In this document: positions 1-8,383 of the stretch, piece after piece
Layout: every line of letters begins with the position of its first letter
Numbering within the stretch: position 1 is the stretch's first letter
Source: a virus
Taxonomy: Duplodnaviria > Caudoviricetes
IMG/VR virus record: IMGVR_UViG_3300017913_001833
Span: 1 to 64,000 of that record
Length of the DNA: 64,000 bases
Strand: one strand, 5' to 3'
Notes under the pieces: generated by a model
What the model was told of the DNA's origin: nothing
Databases searched by the model: none
What the model saw: the letters and a program-made list of their open reading frames with translations, nothing else
Translations under genes and position numbers: made by a program

Positions 1-6
1 GAATGG

Positions 7-306
7 ATGGAAGAACATTTTACTAAGTTAAATGGTACTAAACACCTTGTTTTAGGCAATCACGACAATCCTAAGTTCATGGCTCCGTTCTTCAAGAGTA
101 TAAGTTTATGGCAACAGTTTGACAGCATAATTGCTAGTCATGCTCCGTTGCATGGTTCAACTCTTGCAGAGACACACAGGTTTGATGATAACATATTAAA
201 CGTACACGGACACATTCACAGTAATCCTTCACCAGAAGGTAACTACAAATGTGTAAGTGTGGAGCAAATTAATTACACACCAATCAACATAGAGGAGTTA
301 GTATGA
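7..306 (+). CDS. Calcineurin-like metallophosphoesterase, C-terminal part (probably starts before the window)
   Basis: GNHD, SHAP and VHGHIH metallophosphoesterase motifs; the N-terminal DxH motif is absent. Confidence 0.8.
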   Translation: MEEHFTKLNGTKHLVLGNHDNPKFMAPFFKSISLWQQFDSIIASHAPLHGSTLAETHRFDDNILNVHGHIHSNPSPEGNYKCVSVEQINYTPINIEELV

Positions 307-1622
307 GGTCTCAACCACAAGAAGTTATTGCAAAACTAGAAGCAGATAATTCACGCTTAGGTAAAGAAGCAATTCTTAACCGTGCAATGGAAGAAGGTCT
401 TGATGAATTCTTTGAAGGTGTACGAATGGCGCTTGATCCCTTAGTAACATTTGGGGTCAAGCAAGTAGAAGAACTTGACAGCGAATGGGCTGGACAAGGA
501 TGTGAATGGAAAGTATTCAAAGAACTTGCAGATAAACTGATTGCAAGAGAACTTACAGGACATGCGGCACGTGATGCAATTAATCTTGTAAAAAGTTCCT
601 GCACAGTAGATCAATGGAATAGATTCTATAGAAGAATCCTTATTAAAGATTTGCGTTGTGGTGTAAGTGAAAAGACAGTTAACAAAGTTGCTAAGAAATT
701 TCCACAGTATTCTATTCCTGTGTTCACTTGTGCATTGGCGCATGATAGTGCTAATCATGAAAAGAAGATGATTGGTAAGAAACAGATTGAAGTCAAACTT
801 GACGGTGTAAGAGTACTTGCAGTATGCAGAAGCGGCAAAGTAGAAATGTTCAGTCGTAATGGAAAACAATTTCACAACTTCGGACACATCATTGAAGAAC
901 TAGAAGCAGTGCTTGCAGAGAAGCCTGCACCTTATGACTGTGTGCTTGACGGTGAAGTAATGAGTGCAAACTTCCAAGACCTTATGAAGCAAGTACATCG
1001 TAAAGATAATGTACAAAGTAATGATGCAGTATTGCACTTGTTTGATTTTATTCCTTTAGATGAATTTACAAAAGGTGGTTGGGATAAGCCACAAACCTAT
1101 AGAAGCAATCTTGTGAAGTATTGGGTGATTGAAAACGAAAGCGTTTTAAAGCACGTACAGTACCTTGATTGGGAAGAAGTAGACTTAGACACCCAAGAAG
1201 GACAAGATCGCTTTGTAGCGTTAAATAAACAAGCAGTAGACGGTGGTTACGAAGGTGTTATGATTAAGGATGTAGATGCTCCTTATGATTGTAAAAGAAC
1301 ACATGCGTGGCTCAAAGCTAAACCGTTTATTGAAGTAACGCTGGAGGTTAAAGATGTTGAAGAAGGTACTGGCCGTAATGAAGGAAGACTTGGTGCATTT
1401 GTTTGTGAAGGAACCGATGACGGTAAGAGTATTTGTGTTAATGTTGGTAGTGGGGTGTCTGATCAACAGCGTGATACTTTTTGGAATAATCGCTCACTAC
1501 TTGTGGGTCAACTTATAGAGGTTAGAGCAGATGCTATTACACAAAATCAAGACGGCACTTACTCGCTTAGGTTCCCAAGATTCAAAACCTTCAGAGGATT
1601 TGAACCAGGAGAAAAAGTTTAA
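303..1622 (+). CDS. lig: ATP-dependent DNA ligase
   Basis: KLDGVR (motif I), LDGE, FD, EGVMIK, WLKAK and C-terminal OB-fold SLRFPRF. Confidence 0.95.
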   Translation: MRSQPQEVIAKLEADNSRLGKEAILNRAMEEGLDEFFEGVRMALDPLVTFGVKQVEELDSEWAGQGCEWKVFKELADKLIARELTGHAARDAINLVKSSCTVDQWNRFYRRILIKDLRCGVSEKTVNKVAKKFPQYSIPVFTCALAHDSANHEKKMIGKKQIEVKLDGVRVLAVCRSGKVEMFSRNGKQFHNFGHIIEELEAVLAEKPAPYDCVLDGEVMSANFQDLMKQVHRKDNVQSNDAVLHLFDFIPLDEFTKGGWDKPQTYRSNLVKYWVIENESVLKHVQYLDWEEVDLDTQEGQDRFVALNKQAVDGGYEGVMIKDVDAPYDCKRTHAWLKAKPFIEVTLEVKDVEEGTGRNEGRLGAFVCEGTDDGKSICVNVGSGVSDQQRDTFWNNRSLLVGQLIEVRADAITQNQDGTYSLRFPRFKTFRGFEPGEKV

Positions 1623-1728
1623 TCACAGAGTGCGTAAAGATGGCGAACAAAAGAGTGACAAAGAAAAAATGGACGAAGGCTTCAATGGTAAAACTTTTAC
1701 CATAAATGGAATAGAAGGCGATTTCTAG
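1600..1728 (+). CDS. Small hypothetical protein (TTG start inferred)
   Basis: 3' part of ORF 1531..1728; AGAGGA precedes the TTG at 1600; fills the gap after the ligase. Confidence 0.35.
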   Translation: MNQEKKFNHRVRKDGEQKSDKEKMDEGFNGKTFTINGIEGDF

Positions 1729-1760
1729 ATTATAACTATCTAAGACAGCAGGAGAATTAA

Positions 1761-3053
1761 ATGGCATTACCAAAGCGAACTAAGAAGAAAGTTGCGAGGG
1801 GCGCACCACGTGTACGCCGTGGAGATAAACTTACTGCTCCTAGTTGGGAAGGTTGGGAAGAATGGGACGGACATAAGTTCCACCGGCATAAAGATGCAAG
1901 CAGAGCATTCTATTATGAAAATTACAAGCCTGTTGATTTGTTTCCTCACACATACAAATGGATGGAATCAAATGGTTACTCAAAAGAGCAGATAAAACAC
2001 GCCAAAGCTGCTCCTAGTCATGAACTAAGCATCACTGCCGCTATTGTTGCAAAGCAACTATTAGACGGCATGCCAGACTATAATCCAAAGCACAGCCAAT
2101 ATTGGGAAAGTCTGCCTGGTACAATGGGCAGTATCTATCCTGCTACAAAGTTTCTTAAAGAACGTATTGAACGTGCTATTGAAGTTGGTTCAAAAGCACT
2201 AGGCGAAAAGAAGAAAGAAGAAGAAGAAAAGAAAAACGTATATGTTCCTAGCATACAAGAACGTATTAGAGAGCAAGCGTATATACAAAGCGAAGCAATC
2301 GAAGACTGGTTAGAAGGTTGGTTGACAGACCCAAAGTCATTTGATCCTAAGGGCTTTGATTTCAAGAAGCACTTTTCTGAAAAGGGTGTAACACAAGCAC
2401 ATGCCCGCAAACTTAAAACATTCTATATAGATGCACTAGTAGATTATGATGCATTAGAGCGTATGCCAACAGCTGGACAACTTAAAAAGATGAATGAGTT
2501 TGAAGCGGATCAATGGGCCCAGCTAAAAGAAGGCTACGCACACATTAAAAAAGCAGACATTAAAAATTATAGGATTGCTATTGGTGAACTTATTACTGCA
2601 CTTGACTTTGTTATTGACACAGCAAAAGCAACACGCAAACCACGTAAACCTAAGGTGTACAGTGCAGACAAGCTAGTTGCAAAACTGAAATATCTGCCTG
2701 TTGATGAAAAATATAAACTAACAAGTGTACAACCTGATACTATTATCAAAGCAAATGAGCTTTGGGTATTCAATGTAAAGACACGTAAGATTGGAAAGTA
2801 TGTGGCAAAAAACATTGATCCGCAAGGTGCTAGACGAGAAGGTACAGGTTTAAGTGTTAAAGGCACAACCATTATTGGCTATGACGAAGCACTAAGCATA
2901 CAGAAAACACTACGTAAACCTGCTGACCAATTAAAAGAATTTAAAGATGCAGGTAAGGTAAAACTACGTAAGTTTTTAGATGAAATCAAAACAACTGATA
3001 CAAAGTTAAACGGACGTTGTAATCCTGATACTATATTGCTAAAGGTTGTTTGA
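1761..3053 (+). CDS. Hypothetical phage protein, basic, 430 aa
   Basis: Long ORF with AGGAG RBS; no motif recognised. Confidence 0.8.
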   Translation: MALPKRTKKKVARGAPRVRRGDKLTAPSWEGWEEWDGHKFHRHKDASRAFYYENYKPVDLFPHTYKWMESNGYSKEQIKHAKAAPSHELSITAAIVAKQLLDGMPDYNPKHSQYWESLPGTMGSIYPATKFLKERIERAIEVGSKALGEKKKEEEEKKNVYVPSIQERIREQAYIQSEAIEDWLEGWLTDPKSFDPKGFDFKKHFSEKGVTQAHARKLKTFYIDALVDYDALERMPTAGQLKKMNEFEADQWAQLKEGYAHIKKADIKNYRIAIGELITALDFVIDTAKATRKPRKPKVYSADKLVAKLKYLPVDEKYKLTSVQPDTIIKANELWVFNVKTRKIGKYVAKNIDPQGARREGTGLSVKGTTIIGYDEALSIQKTLRKPADQLKEFKDAGKVKLRKFLDEIKTTDTKLNGRCNPDTILLKVV

Positions 3054-3059
3054 TAAATA
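3054..3059 (+). promoter_or_regulatory. Late-type promoter core TAAATA
   Basis: TAAATA (T4 late TATAAATA-like) recurs upstream of structural genes. Confidence 0.6.
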
Positions 3060-3084
3060 TACTTGTAACTGTTAAGGAATAAGT

Positions 3085-4155
3085 ATGACCATCAGAGATA
3101 ACCTAGACGCAATAGCAAACGCTATAGAAGCACTAGAAGCCCGTCCTACTGCTGCAAAGCCTGAAATATTGGACAGAGAGCTATCTGGTAACAAAATAAA
3201 TGGCGGAAGAATAACAAACTTTTCTAGTGCAGGAATAAATGATACTGCATCAGACTTTGTATTGACTGTTGCTGACGACGGTTTGCATGTAGATGTATTA
3301 CATACTAAAGTTATAAACAATAGTCTTACTGTATCAGGTGATCTTACAGTCAATGGACACATTACAGCAACAAGCCTACACGTAGATGAAATAACATCTG
3401 ACATACGCAACGAAAGAACAAGTCCTTTAGAATTCCAAGGTGGGTATGGAAAAGGACTATTATGGACAGGTGAAGGACATACTAGACAATTTACGTTCCA
3501 AGGTAATCCAGATAAATTATTCTCAAGCGAAAATATAGATCTTAACAGAGACAAGGCATACATGATTGAAGGTTTGCCTGTATTAGAATTCACAAAACTC
3601 GGTGACAGTATCACTGACAGTAAACTTACAAGTGTAGGTACACTAGAAAATTTATCAGTAGAGGGCAACCTAAATATTGATAACTTTGTTTATTGGCATT
3701 CAGACACGCAAAGATTAAGCATAGGATCAGACGATCCAAACGGAACTTTTGCTATAAGAAGTTGGGATCATGAATTTGTAATTGATCCAACAGAAGACCG
3801 CAAGTTTAAATTAGGTACATGGAGTACCAGTGAGCTACAGATTATCACAGATGATACACCAAGGATACGCATAGGCGAGTCTGGTGGCATTACTCTTGAA
3901 GATAAAGTAATTGTAAATGGTAAAGTTGGCATAGGAGTAAAGAATTTCTCAGATGTTGATCTTGCTGTTGCAGGTCCTATCAAAGTACAAGGACATACAG
4001 TTCAATGGGCAGAAGCTGTGCCAACATCAGGAAATTACATACGTGGTGATATAATATATAATTCAATTCCTCAACCTAGTGGGTACGTAGGATGGATTTG
4101 TATACGGAGTGGATCACCCGGTGAATGGAGACAGTTCGGCCAAATTGCAGGATAA
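3085..4155 (+). CDS. Virion structural / tail-fibre-like protein
   Basis: Beta-rich G/T/V repeats (LTVSGDLTVNG, GKVGIG); C-terminal GDIIYN..GWIC..GEW motif typical of fibre proteins; late promoter. Confidence 0.65.
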   Translation: MTIRDNLDAIANAIEALEARPTAAKPEILDRELSGNKINGGRITNFSSAGINDTASDFVLTVADDGLHVDVLHTKVINNSLTVSGDLTVNGHITATSLHVDEITSDIRNERTSPLEFQGGYGKGLLWTGEGHTRQFTFQGNPDKLFSSENIDLNRDKAYMIEGLPVLEFTKLGDSITDSKLTSVGTLENLSVEGNLNIDNFVYWHSDTQRLSIGSDDPNGTFAIRSWDHEFVIDPTEDRKFKLGTWSTSELQIITDDTPRIRIGESGGITLEDKVIVNGKVGIGVKNFSDVDLAVAGPIKVQGHTVQWAEAVPTSGNYIRGDIIYNSIPQPSGYVGWICIRSGSPGEWRQFGQIAG

Positions 4156-4158
4156 GCA

Positions 4159-4488
4159 ATGTCGGACAAGAAAAATATAGCAGAAAAAACAGAACGTGAA
4201 GTTACGGCTTGGAGTATCGCAGGTCGTACAATGCCTTTTGTCGCGCTTGCAGGGTTTATTGCTTGTGTGTTTTTTGCACATGAATGGATACCTGTTTACG
4301 CGGTTACTGTGATAGTTATTTGGGTAGCTGTAAGTGTTGCTTGGTGGTGGTGGGCATTGAATAAAATCCTACGTGTTACTAAGATGATGCTAAGTAGTCA
4401 GCATAATTTCGAAGAAGTAAAACAAGAAATAAGGTCAATAAAAAATGACATGGGCAATAGGCAACGGAGAGAGTCGGACGAAGATTAA
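4159..4488 (+). CDS. Two-TM membrane protein with coiled-coil tail
   Basis: Two hydrophobic segments followed by a charged C-terminus. Confidence 0.7.
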   Translation: MSDKKNIAEKTEREVTAWSIAGRTMPFVALAGFIACVFFAHEWIPVYAVTVIVIWVAVSVAWWWWALNKILRVTKMMLSSQHNFEEVKQEIRSIKNDMGNRQRRESDED

Positions 4489-5020
4489 TGTAAACAACCT
4501 TAAGGGTATTAAGGTTGGGTGCAATGCAATAGTGCGAGATCATAAAGTTGATATTGTTGTATGTGTAGACAGACGCATGGTCACAGAAGCTCTAGATAGG
4601 AACTTCGAAAACAAAATACTCACAAGACATGAATGGATAAACAGATTTCCGGCTGATAATGTTTCTACTGTTTCAGATTTACCATACACTGGTGATCAGA
4701 GAGCAGATGAACCATTTCAATGGGGTAGTGGACCATACGCAGTTTTAGAAGCAGCACTACTATCTAAAAAGATTAAAATGTTAGGATTTGATCTATATAG
4801 CAATACAACCACTATCAATAATGTCTATAAAGATACAGACAATTATGATCCTTCTACTAAAAGTCCTATTGATCCTAGATATTGGATACATCAAATAGGT
4901 AAAGTTTTTGAATCTTTTCCTAACAAGCATTTCATCATATATCAAAAAGACGGATGGGAATTGCCAAAAGCCTGGAATCATCCAAATGTTTTACTTGACA
5001 ACATAAGTAAAATAGTATAA
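4445..5020 (+). CDS. Putative MAF/DUF115- or sialyltransferase-like fold protein
   Basis: N-terminal IGNGES, GCNA, SGPYA and MLGFD motifs. Confidence 0.5.
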   Translation: MTWAIGNGESRTKINVNNLKGIKVGCNAIVRDHKVDIVVCVDRRMVTEALDRNFENKILTRHEWINRFPADNVSTVSDLPYTGDQRADEPFQWGSGPYAVLEAALLSKKIKMLGFDLYSNTTTINNVYKDTDNYDPSTKSPIDPRYWIHQIGKVFESFPNKHFIIYQKDGWELPKAWNHPNVLLDNISKIV

Positions 5021-5023
5021 TAT
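4995..5023 (+). promoter_or_regulatory. Sigma70-type promoter for queD
   Basis: TTGACA(4995)-N17-TAATAT(5018). Confidence 0.7.
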
Positions 5024-5032
5024 AATACAAAA

Positions 5033-5090
5033 TATAGGACTTGGCGTCAACCCTTCTAATTCTGCCGCCATTATTTTTGTAGGAGAAACA
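5033..5090 (+). ncRNA. Candidate structured cis-regulatory leader (pseudoknot / anti-SD) of queD
   Basis: GC-enriched leader; TGGCG/CGCCA and TAGGA/TTCTA pairings; CTTCTA is also complementary to the SD TAGGAG. Confidence 0.4.
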
Positions 5091-5570
5091 ATGGCATATT
5101 ACAGCACAAAAACATACGGACACAACATTGGACTTTCAGCGGTGTTCCGTCAACCACACGCAGATCATTCACACTGTAGATTTTTACATGGATACAGTCT
5201 AGCATTTAAATTTACATTTGGTGCAAGTGATTTAGATCATAGAAACTGGGTACAAGACTTTGGAGGACTTAAACCTTTGAAGCAATGGCTCGAAGATACA
5301 TTTGATCACAAGACAGTTATTGACATGCATGATCCAATGAAGGATGAGCTGTTGTTGTTAGAAACAAAAGGACTAGCACAGATAGTACAACTTGAAGGTG
5401 TTGGTGCAGAACGTTTTGCATATCACGCTTGGAACTTCGCAAACGAACTTGTACAGAAAGATACACAAGGGCGTGTTTGGTGTGAAAGTGCAGAGTGTAG
5501 TGAACACGGAGCAAACAGTGCAATCTACACACCTTATACTTGGCAGAAGACAACGTTTGTAGATGGCTAA
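5091..5570 (+). CDS. queD: 6-carboxy-5,6,7,8-tetrahydropterin synthase
   Basis: HCRFLHGY, DFGGLK, FDH, GAE and E-H motifs of the QueD/PTPS T-fold family. Confidence 0.9.
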   Translation: MAYYSTKTYGHNIGLSAVFRQPHADHSHCRFLHGYSLAFKFTFGASDLDHRNWVQDFGGLKPLKQWLEDTFDHKTVIDMHDPMKDELLLLETKGLAQIVQLEGVGAERFAYHAWNFANELVQKDTQGRVWCESAECSEHGANSAIYTPYTWQKTTFVDG

Positions 5571-6390
5571 GATCGATAAAAGTCTATACACCAAACAAGA
5601 ATACAAAAGATTAAAAGCAGAAAAATTAGCTCGTAGACAAGAGAAGAATGCTGCTAAGGCTATCAAGCGACTTGATCCAGGCCGTAAAAAGAATATCCTT
5701 TGTCTTAAACATGGTGACAAGTATGGACCAGAATATGTAAACAAACTATATCGTATGTGCAAGCAGTATTGCACATACGACTTTAACTTTTATTGTATTA
5801 CAGAAAACGACAAAGATATAGAAAAAGGTATCAATGTAATTAAAGTTAGAGAACAGACCTGGAAAGGTTGGTGGTGGAAACCATATCTGTTTAATGAAGA
5901 ACTTCCAATAGAAGGCACAATACTTTACATGGATCTTGATGTGGTAATAAGCAACAACATAGATAAGCTGTTTGATTATTATCCTGGTGAGTTTTGTATT
6001 ATCAGAGACTTTACAAGAGCAATGCGTCCTAATTGGGAAAGATACAACAGTAGTATCATGCGATGGGAAGCAAAAAGTCTAAAACATCTATGGATTACTT
6101 TCAATATTAATCCTGCACAATACATGCGTAGACATCATGGTGACCAAGATTATATCTGGGAACAACAAAAAGGTGCAAGACTTTGGCCAGACAAATGGAT
6201 ACAAAGTTGGAAATGGGAAATACGTAAATCAAGAAACTTCAAACCAGGTGGCACTAGAGGTAACAGAGTGTTTGAAAATATAGAAAGTGTTCGTCCTCTA
6301 GAAGAAACAAGCATCTGTGTTTTCCACGGAGATCCTAATCCGGCAAAATGTGAAGATCCATGGGTAGTAGAAAATTGGCACAACGTATAA
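5563..6390 (+). CDS. GT-A fold glycosyltransferase-like protein
   Basis: GDKY, WWWK, MDLDVV (DxD), NSSIM, GDQD, FHGDPNP. Confidence 0.75.
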   Translation: MAKIDKSLYTKQEYKRLKAEKLARRQEKNAAKAIKRLDPGRKKNILCLKHGDKYGPEYVNKLYRMCKQYCTYDFNFYCITENDKDIEKGINVIKVREQTWKGWWWKPYLFNEELPIEGTILYMDLDVVISNNIDKLFDYYPGEFCIIRDFTRAMRPNWERYNSSIMRWEAKSLKHLWITFNINPAQYMRRHHGDQDYIWEQQKGARLWPDKWIQSWKWEIRKSRNFKPGGTRGNRVFENIESVRPLEETSICVFHGDPNPAKCEDPWVVENWHNV

Positions 6391-6506
6391 AAGATTTCTT
6401 TTGGTGGTATAAACACTTGACTTCTAAGGGTTATGGCTATATTATGTGTGTTGAGTATGCAAGACACAATAGCAAATATTATGACCGTGACGGTAACTAT
6501 AAATGA
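6375..6506 (+). CDS. Small hypothetical protein, 43 aa (not in ORF track)
   Basis: TTG start, open frame AQRIKDFFWWYKH...DGNYK; stop overlaps the uvsE start (ATGA). Confidence 0.45.
   Translation: MAQRIKDFFWWYKHLTSKGYGYIMCVEYARHNSKYYDRDGNYK
6417..6445 (+). promoter_or_regulatory. Sigma70-type promoter upstream of uvsE
   Basis: TTGACT-N17-TATTAT. Confidence 0.55.
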
Positions 6507-7597
6507 ATGATTTAATTTTTACAAATGCTGGAGACTTCTTAAAAGGTCAGCAGAAGCGTATAGGCTTCGCTTGCAAATATATGCATCCTGATCAAACACA
6601 AAAGAAAAAACTATTAGAAGAAGTACAGCGGCCACTAAATACTCGTAGCACTACAGTTCAATGGTTGAACAGGCAAACTGTAGATGTTGCAGAAGAACGC
6701 TTGTGGGATATCATGGTCCACAACATAGCGTCATACAAAAGGTTGATAGAATATGTGGGAAGCCTTCATCCAGAGCTTCGTATGGTCCGATTGGGTAGCG
6801 ATGTACTTCCTGTTTATACCGAGCCTACTTGGAGCTATTACTGGCGCAAGTCTGATGTACGTGACTACGCCGCTAAAGAATTCGCAAAAGTCGGTGAAAC
6901 GGCAAGAGCCCTCGATGTCCGATTATCGATGCACCCAGGCCAATTTACTGTACTTGCAAGCGACAACCCCGAAATTGTCGAGAGGAGCATAGAAGAATTT
7001 GAATATCACACCGATGTCATACGGTGGATGGGATACGGACGCACATTCCAAGACTTTAAGTGCAATGTACACATCTCAGGCCGCCAAGGTCCAGCCGGTA
7101 TTAAACACGCGGTTGACACAAGATTATCTCAAGAAGCGAGAAACACAATTACGATTGAGAACGACGAGAACAAATGGGGCATTGACGCAAGCCTCGAACT
7201 TGCAGACACCTGCGCACTCGTTCTTGACATACACCATCACTGGTGCCGTGAAGGTGAATACATTCAACCATCCGACGATAGATTTCTACGCATAGTAGAC
7301 AGCTGGCGTGGTGTACGCCCTGTGATACATTATTCAGTGTCACGTGAAGATGTACTAACAGGTCATCCTATAGATGTACAACCTGATATGGATATACTAC
7401 TTGCAGGTGAATACAAAAAAGCAAAACTAAGAGCTCACAGCGACTACATGTGGAACAATGCTGTAAATGACTGGGCATTGAGCTTTTTGCCACATGCAGA
7501 CATTATGGTAGAATCCAAAGCCAAGAACCTGGCCAGTATAGCACTACATAAATACTATGAAGGCAAAGGAGAACATAATGATAAAAAAGTGGCTTAA
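6503..7597 (+). CDS. uvsE: UV-damage endonuclease
   Basis: RIGFAC, RLSMHPGQF, TIENDE, LDIHHH, HYS, AHSD, MVESKAK motifs of UvdE. Confidence 0.93.
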   Translation: MNDLIFTNAGDFLKGQQKRIGFACKYMHPDQTQKKKLLEEVQRPLNTRSTTVQWLNRQTVDVAEERLWDIMVHNIASYKRLIEYVGSLHPELRMVRLGSDVLPVYTEPTWSYYWRKSDVRDYAAKEFAKVGETARALDVRLSMHPGQFTVLASDNPEIVERSIEEFEYHTDVIRWMGYGRTFQDFKCNVHISGRQGPAGIKHAVDTRLSQEARNTITIENDENKWGIDASLELADTCALVLDIHHHWCREGEYIQPSDDRFLRIVDSWRGVRPVIHYSVSREDVLTGHPIDVQPDMDILLAGEYKKAKLRAHSDYMWNNAVNDWALSFLPHADIMVESKAKNLASIALHKYYEGKGEHNDKKVA

Positions 7598-7742
7598 CGC
7601 TAGAATGCAAGAGCGCACATCATGGGACGGTGCGGCTCTTATTGTATTAGGACTTATGGTATTGTTTTTAGCACCTCTTGCTAAAATTGCTGCAGGTATT
7701 GCTATTGCATACGGAGCATGGACAATATGGCAGAAGGGATAA
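7578..7742 (+). CDS. Small two-TM membrane protein
   Basis: ERTSWDG followed by hydrophobic helices; AGGAG RBS before ATG 7578; TAAATA at 7549. Confidence 0.65.
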   Translation: MIKKWLNARMQERTSWDGAALIVLGLMVLFLAPLAKIAAGIAIAYGAWTIWQKG

Positions 7743-8020
7743 TCAATATTACAGATGAGGCAAGAGATTATCTTGCTAAAGTAGGTGCACCTAACGTATC
7801 TCTGACTGTTAAAGGTGGCGGATGTTCAGGCTTTCAATATGAATGGGGTACTACAGACAAAGAACCTACCGTTGAAAATCTTTGGTTAGATCCAATGGCT
7901 GAAATGTTTGTCTTTGGTTGCACAGTTGATTATGTAACAGAACTAGGCGGTAGTTACCTAGTTGTAAAAAATCCAAATGCTACAGCATCATGTGGGTGCG
8001 GCGAAAGTTTTGCAGTTTAA
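7727..8020 (+). CDS. iscA: A-type Fe-S cluster carrier (IscA/HesB family)
   Basis: GGGCSGFQY and NPNA..CGCGESF. Confidence 0.92.
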   Translation: MAEGIINITDEARDYLAKVGAPNVSLTVKGGGCSGFQYEWGTTDKEPTVENLWLDPMAEMFVFGCTVDYVTELGGSYLVVKNPNATASCGCGESFAV

Positions 8021-8304
8021 AGTTTACTAATAGGTATATCTAAACTAGCAGGAAGATCCCAAATTTTCTTTCTATCAACGCCTTTTTTCTGGGCGAATAC
8101 TTTCGCATCACACCCATTACATACATGATAATAATTGTTTGAAACACGCTTAGGATCCATACTTCCTTTGGGTCTTTCAAAGTCTGCACCACAATCGTCA
8201 CACTTTAAAACTATAATTGTTATATACCTATAGTAAGTGTGTTGTTTACCTAACTTGCTATTCCTTACGTGTTTAGTTTTTTTTGAATATTGTTTCAAGA
8301 ACAT
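8017..8304 (-). CDS. Zinc-finger-like hypothetical protein
   Basis: CDDC and CNGC pairs; own TAAATA element 4 nt before ATG. Confidence 0.7.
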   Translation of the reverse strand: MFLKQYSKKTKHVRNSKLGKQHTYYRYITIIVLKCDDCGADFERPKGSMDPKRVSNNYYHVCNGCDAKVFAQKKGVDRKKIWDLPASLDIPISKL

Positions 8305-8308
8305 ACTG

Positions 8309-8344
8309 TATTTACATTAAGATTATAAAACCTAAGGATAAATA
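8309..8344. promoter_or_regulatory. Back-to-back divergent late-type promoters
   Basis: TATTTA at 8309-8314 (minus-strand TAAATA) and TAAATA at 8339-8344. Confidence 0.6.
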
Positions 8345-8383
8345 TGTTTAATAGAGGTCAAACCTACCTGTTTGGAGTAAAAT

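Noticed and set aside
8345-8383. Small hairpin (CAAAC/GTTTG) next to the SD of the giant fibre gene
   Set aside because: Only 5-6 weak pairs; not distinguishable from chance without homologues
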